NCBI GenBank assembly: GCA_016124255.1
Contig: WGOB01000012.1
Location: 54,682 to 118,681 of the forward strand
Direction: 5' to 3'
Source of the DNA: Alphaproteobacteria bacterium
Lineage (GTDB): Bacteria; Pseudomonadota; Alphaproteobacteria; Caulobacterales; Aquidulcibacteraceae
DNA length: 64,000 nt
Positions 11,266 to 19,083 of this stretch are shown one piece after another. Position 1 is the stretch's first letter, and the number at the start of each line of letters is the position of its first letter. Both the position numbers and the translations under genes were made by a program. The notes under the pieces are model-generated. The model had not been told where the DNA came from and made no database searches. It saw nothing but the letters and a program-made list of their open reading frames with translations.

Positions 11266-12054
11266 TTATCTCAGACTTTGGCGACTAAACCGTAAATAAA
11301 TCGGGGGGCTATCCCCGAGTCTCTTCTTCTCGTAGCGGGTTTCGACATGGCCGAGCCAGGGTTTGCGCCAATCGTCGGGGCGCTCCGCGGTCCAGAAGAA
11401 GGCTGGGGATTTAAGAACATGCGCCAACGTCCAGGCTGCGTAGTCGCGCCAGTCGGTGGCGAAGCGCAGCTCGCCGCCCGGCGCCAGCACGCGCGCGAGT
11501 TCGGCCACAAAGGCGGGCTGGATCAGCCGGCGCTTATGGTGGCGGGCCTTCGGCCAGGGGTCGGGGAAGAGGATGTCGATCTGGGCGAGGCTTAAGTCCG
11601 GCAGGCGCTGAAGGATGTCGCGCGCGTCGCCCTGGTGCAGGCGGATGTTCGCGACGCCGGCTTCGTCGATGTGACGGAGGCAGGATGCGACGCCGTTCAG
11701 GAACGGCTCGACGCCGATGAAGCGACGCTCAGGATGGGCCAGCGCCTGCGCGACCAGATGCTCGCCGCCGCCGAACCCGATTTCCAGAGCCGTCTCCCTT
11801 CCCCCTTGCGGGGAGGGGGCGGGGGGGGAGGGGCGCTCGAACAATACATCGAGATCGATCGGGCCGTCGGGGATCGCGAGCTGCGGCAGCAGCGTCTCCA
11901 GCAGCGCTTCCTGGCGCGGCTTCAGCGTGCGCGCCTTGATGCGGCCGTAGGACCGAATGGGGGCACGAAGCGGGGTGTGGCGATCATTCATCCGATGACG
12001 CGGCGCGAACTCGACGATAGGGCGCCCAGGGATTAGATAGTCAGGCGCGTCCAA
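11266..12054 (-). CDS. trmB: tRNA (guanine46-N7)-methyltransferase
   Basis: LEIGFGGGEHL, FIGVEPF, ILFPDPWPKARHHKRRL and LRFATDW motifs. The start may be the internal ATG at 11991 (MNDRHTPL). Confidence 0.9.
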   Translation of the reverse strand: MDAPDYLIPGRPIVEFAPRHRMNDRHTPLRAPIRSYGRIKARTLKPRQEALLETLLPQLAIPDGPIDLDVLFERPSPPAPSPQGGRETALEIGFGGGEHLVAQALAHPERRFIGVEPFLNGVASCLRHIDEAGVANIRLHQGDARDILQRLPDLSLAQIDILFPDPWPKARHHKRRLIQPAFVAELARVLAPGGELRFATDWRDYAAWTLAHVLKSPAFFWTAERPDDWRKPWLGHVETRYEKKRLGDSPPIYLRFSRQSLR

Positions 12055-12080
12055 GCCAGCACGACGACGGAGGAGCCCCC

Positions 12081-13514
12081 ATGCGCGAACATCTCAAATT
12101 CTACATCAACGGCGAGTGGGTGGACCCCGCTCAGCCGCGCACGCATGAGGTGATCAATCCGGCGACCGAAGAGCCGATCGCGAAAATCTCGCTCGGCTCG
12201 GCGGCGGACGTGAACAAGGCGGTGGCCGCGGCCAAGGCCGCGTTCGACGGCTTCTCGCGGACGTCCAAGAAGGAGCGCGCCGAACTCCTGCAGGCGATCA
12301 TCGGCGGCTATCAGAAGCGGATGGGCGAGATCGCCGAGACGATCAGCTCGGAAATGGGCGCGCCGATGTGGCTGGCGCAGGCGGCGCAGGCGCCGTCGGG
12401 CCTCGGGCACTTTGCTGAAGCGCTGAACCTGCTCAATTCCTACGAGTTCGAGCGCTCGATGAACGGCACGCGGATCCTGAAGGAGCCGGTGGGCGTGTGC
12501 GGGTTCATCACGCCGTGGAACTGGCCGATCAACCAGATCGCCTGCAAAGTGGCCCCTGCCCTGGCTGTCGGGTGCACGATGGTGCTGAAGCCATCGGAAC
12601 TGGCGCCGCTCAATGCGCTGCTGCTTGCGGAAATCCTGCACGAAGCCGGCGTGCCGAAGGGCGTGTTCAACCTGGTGAACGGCGACGGGCCGGGCGTGGG
12701 CGAAGCGCTCTCGCGCCATCCCGACATCGACATGATGAGCTTCACCGGCTCGACGCGCGCGGGCGTGCTGGTGGCGAAGGCTGCGGCGGAAACCGTGAAA
12801 CGCGTGTCGCAGGAGCTGGGCGGCAAGAGCGCCAACATCGTGCTGGAAGACGCCGACCTGCAGAAGGCCGTCTCTTCCGGCATGATCCAGATGGTCACGA
12901 ACTCGGGCCAAAGCTGCAACGCGCCCTCCCGCATGCTGGTGCCGCGCAAGCTGCATGACCAGGCGGCCGAGATCGCAGCCGCGACCGCCAAGGCGATCAA
13001 GGTGCAGGCGCCTGGCGAAGCCGAGCGCGGCGCGATCGGCCCGCTCGCCAACGCCAACCAATTCCAGAAGGTGCAGGCGCTCATCCAGAAGGGCATCGAC
13101 GAAGGCGCGACGCTGATGGCCGGCGGAACGGGGCGCCCGGAAGGCTTCAACCGCGGCTATTACGTGAAGCCGACGGTGTTCGCGAACGTCACCAACGACA
13201 TGACGATCGCGCGCGAGGAAATCTTCGGGCCGGTGCTCTCGATTCTGCCGTACGACACAGAAGAAGACGCGATCCGCATCGCCAACGACACCGTGTACGG
13301 ATTGTCCGGCTACGTGCAGTCGGGCTCGCTTGAGCATGCGCAGACCGTGGCCAAGCGCCTGCGGACGGGCAACGTGCACCTCAATGGCGCGGGCGCGGAC
13401 TTCAAGGCGCCGTTCGGCGGCTACAAGCAATCGGGCAATGGCCGCGAATGGGGCGAGTTCGGTCTTGAGGAATTCCTGGAGACCAAGGCCGTGCTTGGCT
13501 GGGCCGCACAATAG
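12081..13514 (+). CDS. NAD(P)-dependent aldehyde dehydrogenase
   Basis: 477-aa ORF with FTGSTRAG, ELGGKSANIV and NSGQSCNAPSR (catalytic Cys) motifs. Confidence 0.93.
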   Translation: MREHLKFYINGEWVDPAQPRTHEVINPATEEPIAKISLGSAADVNKAVAAAKAAFDGFSRTSKKERAELLQAIIGGYQKRMGEIAETISSEMGAPMWLAQAAQAPSGLGHFAEALNLLNSYEFERSMNGTRILKEPVGVCGFITPWNWPINQIACKVAPALAVGCTMVLKPSELAPLNALLLAEILHEAGVPKGVFNLVNGDGPGVGEALSRHPDIDMMSFTGSTRAGVLVAKAAAETVKRVSQELGGKSANIVLEDADLQKAVSSGMIQMVTNSGQSCNAPSRMLVPRKLHDQAAEIAAATAKAIKVQAPGEAERGAIGPLANANQFQKVQALIQKGIDEGATLMAGGTGRPEGFNRGYYVKPTVFANVTNDMTIAREEIFGPVLSILPYDTEEDAIRIANDTVYGLSGYVQSGSLEHAQTVAKRLRTGNVHLNGAGADFKAPFGGYKQSGNGREWGEFGLEEFLETKAVLGWAAQ

Positions 13515-13534
13515 GTCATCCAAAAAACGCGACG

Positions 13535-13568
13535 AACGCCGGGGCCTTCCGCCCCGGCGTTTTCGTTT
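13535..13568 (+). terminator. Intrinsic terminator after the aldehyde dehydrogenase gene
   Basis: AACGCCGGGGC-CTTCC-GCCCCGGCGTT followed by TTCGTTT. Confidence 0.75.
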
Positions 13569-13616
13569 CGGGGCAGTTTTCATTCCGCATTAGGCTTCTC
13601 GGCCTAGGGTGGGCGC

Positions 13617-14267
13617 ATGCAGGATGAGGCGCCCCCACCCACCGATGCGCCGTCGCGCGCCCACGCCGCGGCGTGGGAGGACGTCAGCGGCGGCCTGCAT
13701 CAGAGTCGTCCGCACCCGGCGCACGCGGCGCACCCGGCCGATCCGTTCGACGCCTTTGCAAGCGGCCACGACCTAACCGGCGATTTCGCCGACACGCCCT
13801 GCTCGGACGACGTCTACGCGTTGCTCGACGACGCCGGCGGGCGGTTCCGGATCGATCCAGACAGCGGCGTCGTTCGGCTGAGCGACGCGCTTCTGTTGCG
13901 CGAGGAATACGGCCGCGTGCACAGCGTGCGCATCCGTGCGCCCGGCGGCTACGAAGCGGCGTTCGATCTGCGCATCGCCGCGCCGCTGCCCGAAGCAGTG
14001 GACGCCAACGGCGAGGCGCTGTTTGCGGGACCCGACGCGCTGACCGAGCCGGCGCCGGTTTCGCCCGCATACGATTGGTCCACGATCGCTGCGGCGCTCG
14101 GCGCGCTCCGCGCCCGCACCGCGCCGTCCGCGCATGCGCCGTTCGGCGCCGCGCTTGTGGTTGCGCCGGAAACGCTCGCCGCACTCGACGGCGCGCCAGC
14201 GCCGCTCAGTCTCGACGCGCCCCTCCCCTCACTCGCCGGCGAAGACGCGATCTGGTCTGCGGCTTAG
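13617..14267 (+). CDS. Hypothetical protein with one cadherin-like repeat signature
   Basis: 216-aa ORF. Third codon positions are GC-rich in this frame. The segment GGRFRIDPDSGVVRLSDALLLREEYGRVHSVRIRA resembles a cadherin-repeat motif. No signal peptide. Confidence 0.5.
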   Translation: MQDEAPPPTDAPSRAHAAAWEDVSGGLHQSRPHPAHAAHPADPFDAFASGHDLTGDFADTPCSDDVYALLDDAGGRFRIDPDSGVVRLSDALLLREEYGRVHSVRIRAPGGYEAAFDLRIAAPLPEAVDANGEALFAGPDALTEPAPVSPAYDWSTIAAALGALRARTAPSAHAPFGAALVVAPETLAALDGAPAPLSLDAPLPSLAGEDAIWSAA

Positions 14268-14331
14268 GCCCCATTGCCAAGCGCTGCGCGAGGCGGGACA
14301 AGGCGGCAAATCGCGATCATGGAGGCGCGTC

Positions 14332-15615
14332 ATGGCGCAACGAACGTGGCGCAAGCGCGTGCTGGGAAACCGGCCGCTTTCGCCGGAAACGCTGATGATG
14401 GGCTACGGCTACGATCCGCAGCTCTCGGAAGGGTCGCTCAAGCCGCCACAATTCCAAACGTCGACGTTCGTCTTCAAGTCGGCCGAGGACGGGAAGAATT
14501 TCTTCGCGCAGATGCAGGGGCGCCGGAAGCTCGGGCCCGACGAAGAACCGGGCCTCGTCTATTCGCGGTTCAACAATCCCAATCTCGAAGTGCTGGAAGA
14601 CCGCCTCGCGATCTGGGACGAAGCGGAAGCGAGCCTCGCGTTCGCCTCCGGCATGGCCGCGATCTCAACATGCCTGTGGGCGTTCCTGCGGCCTGGCGAC
14701 GTGATCCTGCAGAGCCAACCGATCTATGGCGGCACCGAGACGCTGATCCATTCGATCATGCCGGAATTCGGCGTGCGCCAAGTGGGCTTTGAGGCCGAGC
14801 ACGGCGTCGACGCGATGCGTGCGGCCGCGGAGGAGGCCAAGCGCCTCGGGCGCGTCGGCGCTATCTTTCTTGAGACGCCGGCCAATCCGACGAACGCGCT
14901 TGTCGACATTGCTGCGGCGCGCGAAATTTCAGAGGCGCTCACCGCCGACGGCAAGCGCCCGCCTGTCATCGTCGACAACACGCTTCTGGGACCCGTGTTT
15001 TCCAGTCCGACGCGTCATGGCGCCGACATCGTCGTCACCTCGCTCACAAAATATGTCGGCGGGCATTCCGATCTCATCGCCGGCGGCGCCTCGGGCGCAA
15101 AGGAAATGCTGCAGCCGGTGCGGCGCATGCGGTCCACGCTGGGCACGATGTGCGATCCGCATACGGCGTGGCTGCTGATGCGCTCGCTGGAGACGCTGAA
15201 GCTGCGCATGGAGGCCGGCGCGCTCGGCGCGCGCAAGGTCGCCGAGTTCCTCGCCGCGCATCCGAAGATCGATAGCGTGTGGTTCCTCGATTTCCTGCCG
15301 GACGATCACCCCGATCGCGCGCTGCACCTGAAGCAGAACAAGAGCGCTGGCTCGACGTTCTCGTTCGAGGTGAAGGGCGGCGAGAAGGCCGCGTTCGCAT
15401 TGCTCGACCGGCTGCAGGTGATCAAGCTCGCTGTCAGCCTTGGCGGCACCGAGACGCTCGCGTCGCATCCCGCCGCGATGACGCATTCGGGCATGGACAA
15501 GGCGGCGCTGAAGCGCTTCTCGATCACGCCATCGCTGATCCGCGTGTCGATCGGCGTGGAGAATCCCGACGCCCTGATCGCCGATCTCGCGCAGGCGCTG
15601 GACGGGGTGGCGTGA
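14332..15615 (+). CDS. Cys/Met-metabolism PLP-dependent enzyme (cystathionine gamma-synthase / methionine gamma-lyase family)
   Basis: Trimmed from ORF 14134..15615 to the ATG at 14332, which is preceded by GGAGG. Carries the family motif TSLTKYVGGHSDLIAGG (PLP Lys). Confidence 0.88.
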   Translation: MAQRTWRKRVLGNRPLSPETLMMGYGYDPQLSEGSLKPPQFQTSTFVFKSAEDGKNFFAQMQGRRKLGPDEEPGLVYSRFNNPNLEVLEDRLAIWDEAEASLAFASGMAAISTCLWAFLRPGDVILQSQPIYGGTETLIHSIMPEFGVRQVGFEAEHGVDAMRAAAEEAKRLGRVGAIFLETPANPTNALVDIAAAREISEALTADGKRPPVIVDNTLLGPVFSSPTRHGADIVVTSLTKYVGGHSDLIAGGASGAKEMLQPVRRMRSTLGTMCDPHTAWLLMRSLETLKLRMEAGALGARKVAEFLAAHPKIDSVWFLDFLPDDHPDRALHLKQNKSAGSTFSFEVKGGEKAAFALLDRLQVIKLAVSLGGTETLASHPAAMTHSGMDKAALKRFSITPSLIRVSIGVENPDALIADLAQALDGVA

Positions 15616-15667
15616 CGCGCGTCGCGATACGCTCTTGCCTGCCGGCCTGAAAGGCCGCGGTTCAACC

Positions 15668-15898
15668 CTATTCCGGGCGCCAGAGATCCTTGTCGTTGAA
15701 GTGCGGGCCCAGGCGCGCGCCCTTGCCTTCGGCGGTCTCGATCAGGACTTCTGCGGCCTCGCGCAGCGTCTGCGCTTGCACATACGCCCGCTTCTGCTTG
15801 CCGCGCGGCGGCTTGATCTCAGTGTCGGAATGCATCGTCATGGCCATCAGCTGGTGCTCCCCTGCCCGCTTCGTGCAGGGATTCGGGCCGGGTTTCAT
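15668..15898 (-). CDS. Small hypothetical protein (76 aa)
   Basis: MKPGPNPCTKRAGEHQLMAMTMHSDTEIKPPRGKQKRAYVQAQTLREAAEVLIETAEGKG... with GC-rich third positions. The start is uncertain (15910, 15898 or internal Met codons). Confidence 0.45.
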   Translation of the reverse strand: MKPGPNPCTKRAGEHQLMAMTMHSDTEIKPPRGKQKRAYVQAQTLREAAEVLIETAEGKGARLGPHFNDKDLWRPE

Positions 15899-15927
15899 GC
15901 CGGGCGGCATCGGGTAGTGTTGATTCG

Positions 15928-17250
15928 ATGGCTGAACGCACCGCCGCCGCCTCTCGTTCCAACGATTTCGATCCCGCAATCGCCGCGGCGCATCAGGCGC
16001 TTTCGGAGCTTACGCCGATAGTGTTGCTCACAGGCCGCGCCGGCACAGGAAAAAGTCATTTCATCCGGGCGCTCGCGAACGAAGGCCGGGTTCCGCAGGC
16101 GATCCTGGCGCCGACGGGGCTCGCGGCGATGAATATCGGCGGGCAGACGGTGCATTCGTTCTTCGGGTTCCCGCCGCGGGCGCTGATCAATCACGCGGAG
16201 AAGCCGAACTGGTTCTTCCAGCGCAACGCCAAGCATCTGAAGCGGCTGATCGTGGACGAAGTCTCGATGCTGCGCGCGGACGTGCTCGACGCAATGGATT
16301 TCGCGCTGCGCGCGGCGCGCAAGAGCGTGCGGCCGTTCGGCGGCGTGCAGATGCTGCTGGTCGGCGATTTCTACCAGCTGCCGCCGGTGGTGCGCGGCGA
16401 CGAGGGGCGGCTGTTGGAGGATGCGGGTTATGCCAGCCCCTACGCGTTCTCCGCGCACGCGCTCAAGGACCCGCCGGTTGCGGCGTTCGAGTTGACCGAA
16501 GTGCGCCGGCAAACGGATGCGGATTTCATTGCGCTGCTCTCCGCGATCCGCGAGCGGCGCGGCGCGGGCGAGGCGGTCGAGGCGCTGAACGCGGCGTGCT
16601 TGGAGCGCAGGCTGAAGCAAAAGCCCGTGCTGCTGACGGCCACGAACGCGGTGGCGGATCGCTACAACGCCGCGGGCCTCGCCGCGCTGGCGGGCGACAC
16701 GGCGGTGTTCACCGGCGGTTTCGAGGGCGAGGCGCGAAAAAACAATAGTGCGGGCAATGTGAACGAGCGGCTGCCGGCGCCGATGGAGCTGGCGCTGAAG
16801 AAGGGCGCGCGGGTCATCTTCACGCAGAACGATTCCGAGGGGCGGTGGGTGAACGGCTCGCTCGGCACCGTGGAGGGCATGGACGCCGAGATCGTCCGTG
16901 TGCGGATGGATGATAGCGGAGAAATGGAGGATGTGTCGCGCTCGACCTGGCCGCAGGCCCGCTGGCAGTGGAACGAGACGACGCGCCAGATGGAGGTGAA
17001 GGAGGAGTTCAAGTACGTGCAATTCCCGCTCGCGCCGGCCTGGGCGCTGACGATCCACAAGGCGCAGGGCATGACGCTCGACAGCGTGGAGATCGACCTT
17101 GGGCGCGGCGCGTTCGCACCGGGGCAAACCTATGTGGCGCTCTCGCGCGCGCGCAGCATGGAGGGGCTGCGGCTCACACGGCCGCTGCGTGAAAGCGACG
17201 TCCGCGTCGATCCCGCGATCGCGGAGGGGCTGGCGCGGCTCGGGTTGTGA
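15928..17250 (+). CDS. SF1B DNA helicase of the Pif1/RecD-like family
   Basis: Walker A GRAGTGKS, Walker B LIVDEVSML, LLVGDFYQLPPV, and C-terminal ALTIHKAQGMTLDSVEIDL...QTYVALSRAR. Confidence 0.85.
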   Translation: MAERTAAASRSNDFDPAIAAAHQALSELTPIVLLTGRAGTGKSHFIRALANEGRVPQAILAPTGLAAMNIGGQTVHSFFGFPPRALINHAEKPNWFFQRNAKHLKRLIVDEVSMLRADVLDAMDFALRAARKSVRPFGGVQMLLVGDFYQLPPVVRGDEGRLLEDAGYASPYAFSAHALKDPPVAAFELTEVRRQTDADFIALLSAIRERRGAGEAVEALNAACLERRLKQKPVLLTATNAVADRYNAAGLAALAGDTAVFTGGFEGEARKNNSAGNVNERLPAPMELALKKGARVIFTQNDSEGRWVNGSLGTVEGMDAEIVRVRMDDSGEMEDVSRSTWPQARWQWNETTRQMEVKEEFKYVQFPLAPAWALTIHKAQGMTLDSVEIDLGRGAFAPGQTYVALSRARSMEGLRLTRPLRESDVRVDPAIAEGLARLGL

Positions 17251-17260
17251 AGAACACGCC

Positions 17261-17357
17261 GTCATTCCGGACGCGCCGTAGGCGCGATCCGGAACCTAGG
17301 GGGACGTAGATCGCTGCGGCCTCTGGGTTCCGGATCGTCGCTTCGCTCCGGAATGAC
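17261..17357. repeat. REP/MITE-like palindromic element, copy 1 (97 bp)
   Basis: Termini are GTCATTCCGG...CCGGAATGAC, with inner inverted GATCCGGAACC...GGGTTCCGGATC. Intergenic. Homologous to 23815-23927, 43988-44100 and 48120-48221. Confidence 0.85.
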
Positions 17358-17368
17358 GAAGTCTTGAG

Positions 17369-17452
17369 TTACTTCTTCGCCGCGCTCGCCTTCGGCTTTT
17401 CCTTTTTCGGCTTCCGCTTTTCCTTGGTCGGGCGTTGCTGACCTTTGGCCAT
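17369..17452 (-). CDS. 27-aa lysine-rich peptide
   Basis: Minus strand GAAGGAGG-N5-ATG, then MAKGQQRPTKEKRKPKKEKPKASAAKK-stop. Too short for the ORF track. Strong Shine-Dalgarno sequence. Confidence 0.5.
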   Translation of the reverse strand: MAKGQQRPTKEKRKPKKEKPKASAAKK

Positions 17453-17544
17453 GACGGCCTCCTTCGTTCAGAGAAAATCCTGGGCGCGTTTGACTTCGCG
17501 GGCAAGGGTTCGTCTCCTTCGCCACGGAACGCGGAGGACATGCG

Positions 17545-18429
17545 ATGGCGACGGGACGGGCGTTGGTGTTGGGCGGGGGCGGGCCTGTCGGCATCGCGTG
17601 GGAGAGCGGGCTGGCGGCGGGGCTCGCGGAAGAAGGCGTGGAGATCGCGCAGGCGGATCTGATTGTCGGCACGTCGGCTGGATCCTTCGTCGGCGCGCAG
17701 CTGGCGAGCGCGCGCAGCGCGCACTCGCTGGCGGAGGCGCAGATCGCGCAGGGGCGGCGCGAGGCGGAGGCGCGTGCGGCGGGCGCCGGCCATCCGCTCG
17801 GCAAAGCGCCGGACCTCCAGGGCCTGCTTGGGCTGATGGCGAAGGCGCCGGCGGACGGGCCGCCGGACGATGCGCTGATGGCGGAGTTCGGCGCCTATGC
17901 GCGCGGCGCCGAGACGATCAGCGAGGCGGATTTCATCAAGGGCTTCGGTTGGGTGGGTGAAGACGGGACGCCCTTCCCTGCCGGCTATCGTGCGACCACA
18001 ATCGATGCGGAGACGGGCGCGTTCCGGACCTGGGGCGCGGAGGACGGCGTTCCGCTCGGGCGCGCGGTCGCGTCGTCATGCTCCGTACCCGGCATATTTC
18101 CCCCGATCGCGATCAACGGGCGGCGTTATATCGACGGCGGCATGCGTACGCCGACCAACGCCGATCTCGTTGCGGGGCACGAGCGCGTGATCGTCGTCGC
18201 CGTCACGATCATGGGGCCGTTCGCGGAGTACATGCGCAAGCGTATGCAATGGGAGCTCGACGCGATCACCGCGGCCGGCGGGCAGGTGGAGCTGATCGTC
18301 CCCGACGCGCAGGCGCTGGACGCGTTCGGCGTGAACCTGATGGACGCGAGCCGGCGCGCGGAGGTGACGGAGGCGGGTTTGGCGCAGGGAAGGCGCGAGG
18401 CGGGGCGGATGCGCGGGGTGTGGGGTTAG
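17545..18429 (+). CDS. Patatin-like phospholipase
   Basis: LVLGGGGPVGIAWESG (oxyanion GGG), GTSAGS (GxSxG) and a DGG motif. Confidence 0.9.
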   Translation: MATGRALVLGGGGPVGIAWESGLAAGLAEEGVEIAQADLIVGTSAGSFVGAQLASARSAHSLAEAQIAQGRREAEARAAGAGHPLGKAPDLQGLLGLMAKAPADGPPDDALMAEFGAYARGAETISEADFIKGFGWVGEDGTPFPAGYRATTIDAETGAFRTWGAEDGVPLGRAVASSCSVPGIFPPIAINGRRYIDGGMRTPTNADLVAGHERVIVVAVTIMGPFAEYMRKRMQWELDAITAAGGQVELIVPDAQALDAFGVNLMDASRRAEVTEAGLAQGRREAGRMRGVWG

Positions 18430-19076
18430 GCGGCGGACTTTCCGCCCATGCTGCGAGCCTTCTCGGAAAACGCTTGTGACGCATCGTGCATCTTCCAGAT
18501 ACGATCCAACGCTGCCCTTTTGCTGGTGCCTTTGGCCATCTTGAACGCAAAGCGGCTCGCGATCTCAACAATGTGTTCGCGCGCCAGACTCTTGTCACGC
18601 TGCAGCGCGCGGAAGACCTTCTGAAACTCGTCGCCGTCGTGCAACGCGTCGGTAAGCGATTTCACATAAGCGCTCACCGTCGTTTCGGGCGCGGGTTGTT
18701 CGTCCCCCAAGACGGCCGCAGAGAGAGCCTCCATGTACGAGCGAATCGACATGGTCGGACGCTGAGTCAAAATCCTTTCCAGGTTCTTGATCGCCGCGTT
18801 CATCGACGGCTTTGCGGCTACGGACATGAACGGCTTGATAAGCTGAAGCGCATCCAAGAAGGTAGAGATCGATGGGCCGTCCGCCCGGGATTCCGCCGTG
18901 TCGGACATTAACGCACTTGCCTTGGACAGAGTCTCGATTGAGGCCGCCCCAAGACGATTCAGCCCTTGCGCGAAGGTGTAGACCGCGGTCGCGTGATCGG
19001 CAGCGCGCGCCGCAGCAAGCACGTCACCGTAGAGAACAAGAACTCGGGCTATCGCGTCCGTTCGCATTATTTCCAT
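18426..19076 (-). CDS. Hypothetical 216-aa protein, predicted all-helical, partner of the ParA-like ATPase
   Basis: ORF 8 bp downstream of 19084..20265 on the same strand, in the AT-richer stretch. No motif recognised. Confidence 0.6.
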   Translation of the reverse strand: MEIMRTDAIARVLVLYGDVLAAARAADHATAVYTFAQGLNRLGAASIETLSKASALMSDTAESRADGPSISTFLDALQLIKPFMSVAAKPSMNAAIKNLERILTQRPTMSIRSYMEALSAAVLGDEQPAPETTVSAYVKSLTDALHDGDEFQKVFRALQRDKSLAREHIVEIASRFAFKMAKGTSKRAALDRIWKMHDASQAFSEKARSMGGKSAA

Positions 19077-19083
19077 TTACGAA

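Noticed and set aside
12033-13583. 516-aa minus-strand ORF opposite the aldehyde dehydrogenase gene. The same situation applies to 4983..6815, 15895..17265, 22303..23610, 23809..24876, 53424..55031 and 56452..57849.
   Set aside because: Each lies opposite a gene with strong family motifs and is Arg/Ala/Gly/His-rich without recognisable domains.
14268-14331. SAM-type riboswitch upstream of the transsulfuration-family gene
   Set aside because: The 64-nt leader is too short, and I could not recognise SAM-II or SAM-V conserved cores. A covariance-model scan would be needed to be certain.
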